A stretch of 64,000 nt of DNA from Lytechinus pictus (taxonomy: Eukaryota): assembly GCF_037042905.1 (NCBI RefSeq), contig NC_087251.1:38130001-38194000 (forward strand). The letters run 5' to 3'. Below, piece after piece: positions 26,605-40,771 of the stretch (positions within the stretch are counted from its first letter, which is position 1; each line of letters begins with the position of its first letter). The position numbers and the translations under genes are program-made. A model generated the notes under the pieces. It saw only the letters and a program-made list of their open reading frames with translations. It made no database searches and was not told the origin of the DNA.

Positions 26605-27079
26605 TAGTGAGTGATTGTATTACCGACCGGCCTTGTATTACCGAACGTGCGCATCATACGCATCAGAAAATAATTTCATACGCTCAAAATTTTGCAACAT
26701 CCTTTCAAAGAGAACTTGAATAGAAAGATGATGAAAAATTGTCAAAAACACAATTTCAAAGTCTTAATATTCGAAAAACAATAAGATATGGTCAAAATAG
26801 CGCGTCAGTGACTTTGTTGTTTTCTCAACTTTTCCCATAGAAAACACACGTTCGGTAATACGATACCTTTTTCAAGTGACCAAAATATTTCACATGTGAA
26901 GAGGGGTCTGATTGGAAGCTAATATCGTAAATAGGAAAAACGATTTCGGCCAAATTTTTACATATTTATATTTTGTAGGTAATTGTGTATTCATGGTGAA
27001 AGTTTGGTGAATTTTATGAGAATAATGTGTTTGATATGATTAAATTCATGAAAAGTGTTCGGTAATACGATCCACTACC
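26605..27079. mobile_element. MITE-like element
   Basis: Repeated gtattaccga at the left end and inverted tcggtaatac at the right end. Confidence 0.6.
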
Positions 27080-27234
27080 ATACCTGTATTTCATTATTGA
27101 AGCATAGAATATCATGAACTTATTTTCATCTACAACTTAGAAAAATAATATTGGTATTTATCAGAAATCTAGACAATTTGAACTGAATACAAATATTGAT
27201 TTGTGACCGTCACTGTGACTGTGGCAAAAAATTA

Positions 27235-27600
27235 CATCAGCAGCAGTGGTTTCAGCAACAACATCACAATCGCCATTAACATCGTCATCATCATCATCAA
27301 CAACTCATATCATGATTATTTTCAACATCACCATCACCATTATCATCACCTCATATCATCATTATCATCATTACCATCAATAAACTTACCATCAACATCA
27401 TCATCATTACAAATATTGTCAACATCATCATTCATCAACAATGAAATCACCACTATCATTATGTCATCACCATCATCATTATCATCGTTGTCATCAGCAT
27501 AGTCAGTCGGTATTGATGTCGCTAATATTATCAACATCATTTTCATCATCAGTATCAACATTATTACTAAAATTACCACAATTAACATCATCATTATCAT
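27235..27600. repeat. Degenerate (CAT)n microsatellite
   Basis: Imperfect cat/cac/caa triplet run immediately downstream (in transcript sense) of exon 27638-27717. Confidence 0.9.
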
Positions 27601-27636
27601 AGAAAAGTTATAAAAAGGATGAGGAGATTGGTCTCA

Positions 27637-27765
<129 letters not shown>

Positions 27766-28876
27766 TCAATTAGTCTTCTTTATATACGGTGCCCCTTCCA
27801 ATACGCAGTAGTATTCTTCCAAGAGGCTCTGTCTGATCAGATAAAAATATACAGTAAAATACACAACAAAGTAGCATATTTTGCTATCGAGGTGTGTAGT
27901 TTTAGTCTCATTGAAGTTGTGAATACAAGCCGCCCTGCCGTCAAATAGTGTAATGACAACCTGTGTCAACAAGTTACCTTGCTTCGACGTATAAAAGTAG
28001 GGCTACATGTAGGAGACAGAATTAGAAGCACATAATGACCAATTGGTTTGCTGTTATGGGTAGAAAAGAAACACTTTCATGTAGGTCTACTAAAACAAAA
28101 TACACAAAATTTGACTTTTTTTATATTTGTATGTTTTTTGTGGGTACTAATAGTCCCATAGATAAGCCAGATATCTTAAACCTCAAGCATATCACATCAC
28201 ACTGATTTGTGAATAAGTGTTGATACCTAAAATACAAAAAGTCCATCCCAGAACTGTCCCTGAAAAAATCTAATATTTCAGTTTGCATGTGACGTGATAA
28301 AATTGCAATTTAATAAAAAAAAACATAGGCTCCCTATAACTCTATCATTCTTTGAGACTTTTGTGAAGCCAATGTCAAAATGTTTCTTTTTTTTTGTTCT
28401 TGTATTAAAACCATCTCCCCTTTTGAAATTACTAACCCAAAGCCATTTTATTTCTCAACAGACATCAAACTGCAAGTATAATCAAACAAAATTTACTGCA
28501 TGTATGAGCTACATACATGTACATGTAGGCCTACATTAAAGCTCCATGTACGATATGTAACCATGAATGCAAACATGAATCTTCTTTCTTTTACTGAAAT
28601 GTGAAATGTTAACACCAGCACGTGCATACATCCTGTGTAGAATCTGAGGCTACCCTTATCTTCGAATATCCAGAGAAATTCCTAATTCATTTGACAGTTG
28701 TATGCAGATAGTTATCCTGACAAATTGACCCTCGTGTCCTGGAAGGCATTGAGAGGGGAAGAATAGGAGACAATACACCACTTTGTCCATTCCCTCCCCT
28801 GAATTTGTCTGCCCCAGGTTCTTCCATTTCAGTTCAAACTAGATGATATTCTCCGAGACCAGACTCTATTCCATGT

Positions 28877-29720
28877 AATAATAATAATATTCTGTTTTTC
28901 ATGAACGCCTAGTGTATTAAACACATCTGAACGATGTCTCTATCGATGCACTTTACAGAAACAATTATCCCGGTCATCGGATCCTGGTATGCCATCACAA
29001 TGTCTGCACATTTCCCACTCCTTGGGGAGCATTCCAATAAGAGTTTCTAAGCTCAACAGCCTATAAAGTGTTAGTACGTCCAAAGTTGGAGTACTGTGCT
29101 TCTGTGTGGGACCCATACACGAAAGACCACATCAGTAGACTAGAAGCAGTTCAACGAAGAGCCGCTAGATTCGTCTGTAAAGATCACAGGAGAACCAGTA
29201 GTGTTTCCCAGATGCTGAAGTCACTTGAATGGAAATCTCTCGAAGATAGAAGAGCCATCTCAAGACTTATACTTTTATATAAATCTGTAAATCACAGTGC
29301 TTCAATCAACGTAGGTCGATACCTAACAACTCCCTCTCAAAATTCTGTCAGGACACGGAAATCATCGTCAATCTCTTTCTCCCGAACAACAACAAAAAAA
29401 GACTGCTTCAAGTACTCTTTCCTTCCAAGGACTATGGCAGAATGGAATCTGCTACCAGTAGACATACGTGAAGCTAAATCGGTTGATGGTTTTAAGACAA
29501 GGCTAACAAAATTCAAATGTCTACTTTCATCCGGGGGGGCACATCATTAATTCAAATTCATCACTAGCCACACACGCCTGCATCAATTATATCCCGATTG
29601 AGGAGTTTGCCTGCAGTAACAGGAAGAAGAAATAGGCTTTCATGCTTACCAGGTAGGCCTACCCATTTACACCTGGGTGAAGAGTGGCAAAGGGTAGATT
29701 GACACCTTCCAAAGGGATTT
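28877..29720 (-). mobile_element. SINE (minus strand) interrupted by a LINE fragment
   Basis: (aat)n tail at 28877 with body matching 37345-37575; body resumes at about 29633 with acacctgggtgaagagtggcaaa. Confidence 0.75.
29053..29632 (+). mobile_element. 5'-truncated CR1-group LINE (ORF2 C-terminus and 3' UTR)
   Basis: AYKVLVRPKLEYCASVWDPY...LEAVQRRAARFV...LEW.SLEDRR...FKYSFLPRT..EWN.LP, open frame; ends in a gaagaagaa tail. Confidence 0.92.
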
Positions 29721-32700
29721 CTCATTCTCTCTCGCAAAGTCGAAGTATGAGGACAAACTTGTAACTTTGAAACACACTGCATGCATTGACTGTTACTTTC
29801 ACACCAGTATTTTGGATATATTCCTTCATGTATGTAGGAAGGTATGTGATCAGTTTTCCCAATTTGAAAGCAGCTCTTTTTCAATCATATGGGAATTTAT
29901 ACAAAGAGTCAGGCCCTGCACAGGTTTAGAACATGTTCTACATGTACATGAATGTGAAGAGGAATTGACAGAGACATATGGAGTATGTTCCAACCTTTTT
30001 TCTTGGGGGGGGGGCATTCACTCCTTGTACAGAACCAAGTCGCAACCTGTGAGTCTGAATATGAAGTCTCTAATCTCTACAAATAAAACGTTGACAAGAT
30101 TATCTACACATCAGGAGGAAGTGAGAGTTTATCCTCAAAGCAGTGTCTGGTGCACAGACTAGCACATAAATATCTTCACTGTAACCTGACCCCCTGTGAC
30201 CTTACTGAGGACAAACAAACTGGCTGGGCTGGTCCACATTTACTTTTATCATGTAACTGGCTACTATTGACATGGGGAGAGATTGATGACATCGCCCTGA
30301 TTAATGGCTTGACACCAGTCTCTGTGCTCTTTGGCCTTGACTTGTTAGAGACAGAGACCTTGGATTTGAAGGAAAAGGAAGAAGGGTCAGACTTCCTATC
30401 TTGAGGGATGGTCTGTGGAAGAATTGTACTCGTTGAACGGGTGGCTTCCTAAGTAAAATAATTATACTGTAGGACTCTTGAACTTCATAGCATTCCATAT
30501 ACAGGGCCTACCTGGGAAGCATTTCACCAGCATTTTCCTCCGAACAAGCTGTCAGATAGATCAGGCAATTTTCCTTAGTTTTGACTGGCTATTACTATGG
30601 TAAATATCAGATGAAATAGACTGTCGGGTATAAAACATTGGGACAAGTCCCTTTCCCGTAAGGACTAGAACATAATTAGCATTGTCAAATGAAAGCCTAT
30701 CTTTATATGAATTATATGTTTAATTAGAAGTCAAAGAATATTCAGGTCAAGTGTCATCCCCTTCACTAATCATTGATGCAAATAGGCCTTTTTCATTTTC
30801 ATATTGAGACACACATGTACAAAAAACAAATTTCAAAATAATTATACTGAGGTAAATAAAAATATGATATTTGTGGGCTTGTGGAAATGGTTTGGCTTTG
30901 GTTTATTTGTTACTCATCTCATGCAAAAATCATGCCAAGAATGGCAACAAAGATTATATTCTTTCTTGCTTTGTAAGTCACATTACAAGGAAAGGACAAC
31001 ATGAAACACAAAATTTTGTCAAATTGTAAAACTAGTTTAACTAATGTATAAAAATATTACTTTCAGAAAAGTAATGCCATAATCACTTCAGAAAAGTAAT
31101 GCCATAATCACTTTTCATTTGCCCAAATAATTCCAGACAATACCTTTGTTTTATTCAACACATATTCAGAGTCTGACTCTTCCAGATTGTTCTCCTATTT
31201 AAATTGCAACAGTGAGAATTGTCCCTAATATACAAGTAATTCTTCATTAATTATAGAATAACAGATAACATACATGAGGAAATGGCTTCCTACACATGAT
31301 CAAGCTCAATGACAATGTACAGAACAAATACACGTGATTGCAACATTCTCAGAGAACCACCACAAACTAAACAGGTGAAGAAAAGGTCAAAGGCAAATCC
31401 AAAACAGGTTTCTTTCTCTTCTTCACCTTCTGCGATGAGTCATATATTACAACACATTGTCTTCACCCTACACTATCAAATCAACACTATATACTGTGTA
31501 GCTTCCTAGGGAGTGAGCTGGAATTTTTATTCTTTTAACACAATGGTTCTGAATGTAATACATTAGGTAAATATGATACTGGCTACCACAACCTCATCAG
31601 GGGAGTGATGGACAGGAAAGAGGGAAAATAATTCTTTGTCCTAATAAAAACAAATATTTTTCTTCTTGTGCTTTTGAATGCCATACAGTTGTAGCCTACA
31701 TGTACATGCCCGATGACTGAGTTGACTTTCAGATGATTGTTGAGAAGTGTGTGTATAATGCATTATAAACAACCACTATTACTTAAATAATATTCTATTC
31801 TATATTTCTTTTCAACCACTTACAGGCAATTTGCAGTTACATGTAGCCTGTTATTATTATCAATATCATCACTGGGACTGAAATGATTTTATATGGCACT
31901 AGGGAGCAGATTGGGCATGGCAACAAAGAGAAACATGTACATCAAATCACTAAAAGCCATTGCATGGTCATAAATGTTCATGCATTTTATTTTTACAGAT
32001 TATTATTATTAGCCTACATATAGTGTATCTAACACTGACATATATATGGGGATGGGCTTGGGGCACTGCCCCTCCCTCAATCAAGTTCCACAACCAATAA
32101 AAAAAGGAAAAGAAAGGGGTGAATTATGATATTGTTTTGGAAAATTTTGCATAATATTCTGACAAAGGTCAGAAAATCAGGATACAGAAGGTCATTTCCT
32201 TCTAAATTCAGATTCACGCCCTGTCTTTGCTTTTTAAAAGCCATAAACCTAAAAAAATGTATATGAAATCATTTTCATGCAATGCAGAATCCTCCCAAGA
32301 CCACTTAATAGCTGTATAAATGACTGGCAAGAGCCCCCATGAGGTCAACAAACTTGTTGATGATGGAGAGGCATGTATAATGCAACCTGGTGTAATGAAC
32401 TGTGGTACTGTATTCATTATTCTACACAGCACAGCTTTGACAGCCTGACTGTGACGGCGTGAGGGCTCCCGTGAGAGGTTATTGACATTTCACACAATCT
32501 AGCAATCTAGAACTTCACAAAATATCTCTGAACCAATCACATGCATGGATTTCAGTAGCTTATAATGCATGCCATTGACTATTTGTTTCATGAAAAGCCC
32601 CCCCCCCCCCCCCCCCCATGAGGGTACCTCAGAACTCAGATTGAGATTCATGAAAAACACAGGATCCATTCCAACTCAATAACACACTTTTTAGGTGAGT

Positions 32701-34161
32701 GCCAGGAATACAAAAAAGATCATAAACAAAATTAGGAAGGTTGAAATAGGCCTCCTACAACCTAATATTGCATAATTCAACAAACATCTTCCTAACAATT
32801 TTTATTTCATAAACATTGCTTTTCTTGCAGTGTTTCTGCATAAGTGCTATTGTGTATCTATTTATTCATTCAGTTCTTCATTCATTGATATCTTCTTCTT
32901 GTAAGTACAAACTGCCATTGGCATATTATCGTACATTTACTTGATTGAAAGTGTATTCAAAGAATAATTCTAGTTTTTAAATTTGATTGGCATTTCTGGA
33001 AATAAGAGAAAAGCTTTCAACTATGTTCCGTACAGTCGTATATAAAACAATTGGTACACATAAAAAATGTTGTGTAGCAGTCATAAAAAAAATGTGGAGC
33101 AAATTACGTTGCTATATCAGGCAAGATGTAAGACGTTCTAAATGCTGACAAATTTACTACTACGATTCAGATGAAAAAAAAAGGAGAAAAAAAACAGAAC
33201 CAGATGGTATACATTTTATCCATGGAACACCTCGATATACATTTACTTACCCTGCAATTAATCAACAGCCTTCCAGCCTAGCAATCAACATATATTAAAG
33301 TGTCATTGAAATATATTATCCACGTGCGTCTTCAATTATAAACGCTCCAAAGACAATAAATATGGAGGCGTACTTCACTGGCATATAAATGGGGGGGGGG
33401 GGTGTTGGATTTTCTTTCAAAATGGTCAGTTTGCCGCCTGCTACTTTAAAAAAAATAGCCCTATAAGACATGCTTCTCCCCCTCAAAATTTTGGCTGATT
33501 GTGCCACTGATGTACATTAGACGCTCAATATCAATAGGTCAAAACATTTGTTTTCCCAGAATTCCATGCATGCTTTTTTCCCCATCTACGAAACGACATA
33601 TCCAGATAGTTAGCTGGCTTGATGGAACACTCATCCTTACAGTAGGATTATAACAGCCACAAAATAAAGGGTAAAAACGGGAACTAATTTCTTGGACCCT
33701 TATGATCCATTATAATGTCAAGATGGGGAGAATATGAGGATCTTTGAGGATATTAAATCCCTATAATGATGCCTCATTATCTCACACTCGGATGAAAAGG
33801 TCAGGCTGACATGACGGGTGAAATATCACAATTTTAATACAAGGCGATAATGTTAAAAGCCTATACATGTCGGTCTATAGATACACTGAGAGAGAAGCTT
33901 GTACCTGCATGTACTACTAGCATTTCAAGCAGTAAGTTATGGGCCCTGATGCATAAATGTTGCAATTTTGTCAACTTTGCTATGCAATGGTAACACTTTT
34001 TGAATCCTTGATTATGATTGGCTGTTGAGCATTGTTACCATGGTAGTTACCATTGGATGGCAAAGATACCATAACAGTAACTTTTATGGACAGGCCACAA
34101 CAGGAACAACATGCATTATGATTTGGTTTGGATATATATGTACTCCCCCACACCCCTTTAC

Positions 34162-34594
34162 CAAGGTTCCCAGCTTTTCAAGAAATCGAAATTCCCTGAC
34201 TTTTCCCTGATGAAGTTTAAAAATTCCCTGATAATTATTCAGACCCATTCCCAGTTTCGCATGTTTTCTAATTTGTTGCAGTGAATTACATGTATTTAGA
34301 TTAAAAAAATAATAATGTCAAACTAAGTTAGTACTATTACACAGGCATGTAATGGCCTCCCTCCCCCCCCCCCCCCCCATACATCCATCCTTTCCTCACC
34401 TTATACAGAAAGAGGTTGATATGCAACAAAATATAACAGAGTCGTACTGACTACCGTGCTTTCAACTTTTGGGCTGATCAAAATTCCCTGATTTGAGGCA
34501 TTTTTCCCGATTTGAGGTATTTTTTAATCAAATTCCCTGATTTTTCCCTGACTGGAAAAGAGTGAAATAATTTTCCCTGATGGGCTGGGAACCG
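34162..34594. mobile_element. hAT-like non-autonomous element
   Basis: Ends caaggttcccagc / gctgggaacc; many subterminal ttccctga repeats. Confidence 0.65.
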
Positions 34595-35554
34595 TTTACA
34601 TCAACATCCACATCAACATCCACAGTGTTCCTTCATGTCACTCTGTAATATAATAATGCACAAATATCAAGAACGAAAAGCAATCATACTTCTTTGAAGT
34701 ATGAACTTTTTGTCCATTGTTTATGATAATAAGTGGTTTCAGACCGACATGAAAAGAATACTACGTATTCTTTTATCAGGAAATCTATTGTATTCTCTGA
34801 TCTAGGGAAATTTACTATGATCTATTACGATAAAAAAATACTATATATTTTTGTCAGTGTGAAAGCTAACTACTCATGATATCATACCCCCCTCCAAAAA
34901 AAACAAAAAAAAAGGCATACTTGCTAATTTGTAGGTACTTATTAAAATTAAAACAACTTTTGCAGTCTTTGGTTCAATCTGGTTTGGTTGGGTATCAATG
35001 CAAAAGATAATAGCAAGAGTTTTTTTTTATCCTGAACAAGTTTATGTAAAATTTAGGGGTATTTTGGGGACGAGTCTGTTTGAAAACATCTAATAGGTAT
35101 ATTCTGACCGACTTGAAAACACCTAGTAGTAGGTATGATCAGACCCACTTGATCATAATGAAACAATTTCAGGCCTCAAATACAACTAATTATTTTCTGC
35201 ATTCACACCGACCCAAACAGATCCTTTCAGGATAAGTTATCTAAGTTACATGCATGCACACAATGTTTTGATTAGCAGGCAAGGTGCGAGCAACCCACGG
35301 TCCCTGCACCCAACTTATTGCTGGGTTGAGAAAGTTAATGCAAATTGCAATATGCTTTCACACAATCACACTGCCAAAATACTCATGAACTTGGAAAAAT
35401 CACTGCGAAATTTCTCGTAATTTCAGCAAGTTCCTGCTATTCGCACTGGAAAAAATACCAGGTATTTTCTGATCTGGGTAGATCGGGGAAAAAAATTTTC
35501 GATCAGAGAATACCTGGTTTTCTTTGAACTTCAAGGTGATCTGAATACGCCTTA

Positions 35555-35740
<186 letters not shown>

Positions 35741-35819
35741 TTAAAATTAAATATGGAAGACAAATAAGGTAGCTAAAATTAAATTTGGAAGCAGATTATA
35801 AAATTGTTTGCCAAGTAAA

Positions 35820-36462
35820 GGGGCCATTCCACAGAGAGCAAGACCGCTGAAAGACCTTTCAAAGACCATGAATTTTGGTTGATCTTACATAGGTCTCTCA
35901 ATGAACCTACAATGGTCTTTGAGGACTTACACGGGTCCTGACCAATCTTTCAGTGGTCTTCGTGGTCTTCATGGGCTCCAAAACTTTTTAAAACGGTTCA
36001 AAACAGTCTTACAACGGTCTTACAGGAAAATGGTCTTTCAGTGGTCTTTCAGCAGTCTTTCAGCGGTCTTTCGATGACCTTACAAAGGTCTTTATAGTCT
36101 TTCAATGATCTTTCGGCAGTCTCTCAAGATTTTCGCGGAGATCACTGTAAGACTCATGAGAGATCATTGAAAGATCATTCAAAGATCATTGAAAGACCAG
36201 GCAAAGTCCATGGAAAGAATTCTGAAAGATCACTAGTTGCATAAAAGATCTCTGAAAGACCATTGAAAGATCTCTATAGGACTAGTCTAAGACCAGTAAG
36301 ACAAGAAATATCCATGAGTCTTTCAGAGTTCTTTGAGGGGTCTTTCTGAGCCATTCCACAGAGATGACAAATTTCAGTGATCTTGAAGACCGCTGTAAGA
36401 CCTCACCAATTTTAAGTCTTTCAGTGGTCTTTCAATGGTCTCCGTTCTGTGGAATGGGGGCC
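35820..36462. mobile_element. MITE built from tgaaagacc/ggtctttca repeats
   Basis: TIRs ccattccacaga / tctgtggaatgg; short motif repeated in blocks of alternating orientation. Confidence 0.78.
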
Positions 36463-37344
36463 TTAACTGAAATATAAAACTGAGGAAATTTACATCATAT
36501 GGAGGTAACCTTGTATCATAGATAGAGCCTTGGCATCAGACATTGTGAATGTTTTCTTTCTGTCAATTTGATTAAATTTCATTTGCATTACGTTATTATG
36601 TTATTGTTTTCTTATAAAACAAGAGAATTTTCAAATGGATTCCCTTTTGAGACATAAGAGATTCAGACATTCTATTTATTACATGTACCTACACCATCGC
36701 TAACCCCCCCCCCCCTTTCCTCCCAACCCCTCCCCATCATCTCCAATGTATTCAATCTCCATCCGATAACATCCTACATGTACCTTCTAGGCTACATACT
36801 TGTCAATACAAATGGGCAATTACAATCTACATCAGCCTGATCTCTGATATTGATCTTATACAGGCTTGTAATAAAAAACGTTTTTTATTAAAAAAAACAA
36901 ATAAAACGTTTTTTATTGTTTTAAAACGTTTTAAATCGTTTTAAAACATTTTTTTTTCCAACGAACGATGTAATTTTCCTGTAAATCAATTAAATTATAC
37001 ACTTAATACAGTATGATTTAAGCTCTTGATGTTTTAAATACATTTATGGAGTAAGTAAGAGATGACTACAATTTTTGTTACTGAATTTTCAACAGAAAAA
37101 TTCATATTTTTCCCAAAATTACTAAATCAAGGAAATTGAATGCCGAAAAATTAAGTTGACATTTTATAAGTTTATTCCTCATACATGTAGTCTCAGGGTT
37201 TTTTAGTCTTGTCAATCTAGGGGGTGAGAAGAAGTTGCGCTATGTAAGAAAACAACATAATCTATAGAATATAGGCTTTCAAAGCTTAATTTCATTTACT
37301 CAATATGCTTTATTTCATTTGAATCAATTATACCAATTTTAAGT

Positions 37345-37575
37345 AATAATAATGATAATAATAGTCCGCTTTTATATAGCGCTTAATACATTGGAACGAT
37401 GTGTCTAAGCACTTTACAGATGTATTATTAACCCAGTCATCGGATCAATCAGTCATTCCCGCACACAATGTATGCACATCCTCCACTCCCTGGGTAGTAT
37501 TCCCGTCAGTCGCTAGTGAGGCGCACACAGTACTGGACAAGCTACAATGATTTTCGCATCCTACCGGGTACCCAC
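37345..37575 (-). mobile_element. SINE 3' part
   Basis: (taa)n tail, tatatagcgct motif, ctaccgggtaccca core. Confidence 0.7.
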
Positions 37576-38073
37576 AAGTGCATGAAATATAAGTTTGGGT
37601 TTAAATCTATAAATATTAGGCCCTTGAACTGCTTATTTCTTTAATTGAGGAATTCTGATCAAATTGTTTTTTTCAATGTTTTTTTTAACTTGTTTTTTTT
37701 TTTATTTCTTATGTACAGTTTTGTGGTTACTTTTGGGTTTTTTTTATAGTTTTTTAATGAAAATTATTGGCAATAATTTTCCAATCATTAACAAAAAGCA
37801 CAAATATTGATACAGATCAAATGTTGGCAAAAAATTTGCATTGGCTTTATACATGAAATCACGATATTGAGCAATTCTGGTCTGACATGCACTTGTGTAA
37901 TATCATGGAGCTATCAATGTGCTGATAGCTCCATGGTAATATCATAACCGCATATCCATGCATGTATCAAAAAAATAGTCTTGAACAATATGGCGTGGCC
38001 CTGCCGTGCTTATGGATTTATCATAGAAATTTTTAAGGGGGCCATTACAGTCCCCTGGGATTGTTAGGGTTAA

Positions 38074-38615
38074 AGGTCAAATCCACCCCAGAAAAATGTT
38101 GATTTGAATCAGTAGAAAAATTTCAAACAAGCGTAATGCTGAAAATTTCATCGAAATCGGATGTGAAATAAGAAAGTTACGACATTTTAAAGTTTCGCTT
38201 ATTTTTCACAAAACATTTATAACAACTCAGTGATGTGCAAATGAGAGAGTTGATGATGTCCCTCACTCACTATTTCTTTTGTTTTTTTAATTGTTTGAAC
38301 AATACAATATTTCAATTTATACAGATTTGATAATAATGACCAACTTGACTGAACCAAAAAATGTTAAAACAATTGTAGTTCCAATCATGTTCAGGGAGGA
38401 AAAAACTATATTTTACATGACAATGAGAAAAAAACGACATACAAAATAAATAGTGAGTGATGTCATCAGTCCCCTCATTTGCATACCAACCAGGATGCGC
38501 ATATAACTGTTTTGCGAAATTAAGCGAAACTTTAAAATGTCATCACTTTATTATTTTACATCCGCTTTGATGAAATTTTCAGCATAATACCTTTTTCTTG
38601 GGGTGGACTTGTCCT
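38074..38615. mobile_element. Kolobok-like MITE
   Basis: TTAA TSD; TIR aggtcaaatccacccca / tggggtggacttgtcct. Confidence 0.88.
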
Positions 38616-40728
38616 TTAAGGTTTGCTAGCTGATTATCTTATTATAAATTAAACTACTTTTCTTCATCTTTACGAAGCGCAAAGTTTCACCTACTTTAGT
38701 GTGTACCTCAAGGTTACAATGTCAGTTATACTGTCTATTTGCAAAATATTATTGTGCTTGTGCAACACTTCCATTTCATTCAAGTACTACTATTACATAT
38801 TTGAGCTTATTTTTAATAGTGTTTCTTTCCCTGTCTAAAAGTGAGCACAACACTCAAATGCTTGTTAAAATGAGAAATATAGATTGATGTACATAATTGA
38901 ACAGGAGGAAAGGAACACGACAAAGCAATGGAAAAAGGGAGAAGGGGGGAAAGAGAGAGGAGAAAAAGAGTGGTGTTGAGAAAGAGATTTAGTTAGAAGA
39001 AAATAATATACATGTACCACTTAAGAAATAAAAGTATAAAAAAATATATTCATGTAAAATCACATCCATGCATATTCATAACACACAAGTCTATGAGGCG
39101 TTTTAAATCACGTTTTTTTTGTAAAAAAAACGGGTGTTTTAAAACGCGTTTTAAAACATGTTTTAAAACACACCGTTTAAAACGTGCCAACCCTGTGCTT
39201 ATAGTAATGTGTTAATACTGGCCAACCGCTTCCCAATTTCCTTGAGAGTTTATAGTGAGATGATTAGCAGCCCATGGCGTGTTACACTTCCCAATACAAT
39301 GCCAACCAATATTAGCCCTGCCTCGTCAATCACAGGCACTTGCGAATGGGGATGTTTCTAAACGAATAGCATCCAGTTTTAAGCATTATACACGAATGGA
39401 GTAAAATTGAGAAAAATACTTATTTTGGAATGATTACTATGGATCAAGAATAATTAAATTCTATGAATTTAAACTGTTGTTTAAAGCATAAATAATTTTG
39501 TGAGCATCAGTTTTCCCTTTAATGGGACAACTGCAAAAAACAAGACATGCTTGAAATGCCTTGAACAATCCAGCCAATACAGAGTAGGCCCTATATGTAC
39601 ATGTAAATGTGTAGTAGACCTATGTAAACAATTGCAGAACAAATATGTCTGTCAACTGCTGTGAAAATAGTATGCAATATAGGCCAATGGCAAAACTTCA
39701 GGGACAGAAAATATTTACCCTATCCAATTCAAACTGATCAGGCTTCATGATAAGTACAACTACCTCACATGACAAAGAGCATTAAAATGATATATCAGCT
39801 GTCTTTACAATATATTTAATAATGTGCAGTTTAAGAGTTTCATATTACATCAGCTTTGTCTGTATCAAAAGAAAAACAACATTTTTTCAAGTGCCAATAT
39901 GGCTTGAAGTGGTCTCACACTCTCATTGGCCTTGGGCAAGTCACATTTACATGAGAAGGGAATTACCAATATTCACCAACTCATTATTTCAGGATATGAA
40001 TTGAATTCCTAAGAATCATTCATTTATCTTTGGAAATGGTTGTATAGGGAATGAGGAATGATAGCGATAATGAAAATGAAAATCCATATTTTACTGTTCG
40101 AAATAGACATAAGAAATGAAATACTCTGAAAATTTGTTTTGCCCAATTGATCGTGGACCCGCCAGCCGCTGTGCAGCAACCAGACATTCAGCGTGGGACA
40201 TTATCAAATTTCTGAATGTTAATCCCACAATACTACAATGATTTGATAACTCCTGTGAACAAAACTTTACTCAAAGAAATTGGTTTTGGTTAATAATAGT
40301 TGTTTTGTTGAATGTGTTGAATGTATTAATTGTACTATGTTCGATGTGCAGAAGTGTGTTTGGTTGTTATCATTTACTAGTACTTCCATCTAGGATCATG
40401 TAATTATTGTAAACATGTTCAGTTTTGGTCCTTGGACCTTTGCATCATGTATGTATGTTTTAAAACAAATAAATAAATAAATAAAAGATAAAGAGGAATC
40501 GCCTTAAACAAAAATGTTATCATTTACAATCAACATATTAAGTTAAAAACTAATAGGCCTATGCTACAGTACTTCATGTGGAATCAACAAACTATACAGT
40601 TTAGTTTCCTGTTTCATGGAAGCACGACTTCAGCAAAGTGACACTATGGCTGAACGGTACAGTATGCATAGAGGACCAGTTTACATCTTTATTTATTCTG
40701 AAATGGATGAAAAAAGATGATATCTTAC

Positions 40729-40771
40729 CAAGTTTGACATCTCCATCATCAGTCAGCAGAATATTAGCACC
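40729..40771 (-). CDS. MAP4K3/5: MAP4K3/5-like kinase exon
   Basis: gtag|GGT GCT AAT...AAA CTT G|gtaag; GANILLTDDGDVKL, phase 0-1, joins HRDIK to ADFG. Confidence 0.96.

Larger units (their letters stand above)
36861..39195. mobile_element. hAT-like element hosting a nested SINE and a Kolobok-like MITE
   Basis: caggcttg...caaccctg ends; subterminal aaaacgtttt repeats at both ends; imperfect 8-bp TSD atcttata/tgcttata. Confidence 0.65.

Noticed and set aside
27203-27600. His/Ser-rich and Asp-rich ORFs
   Set aside because: They are artefacts of the (CAT)n microsatellite.
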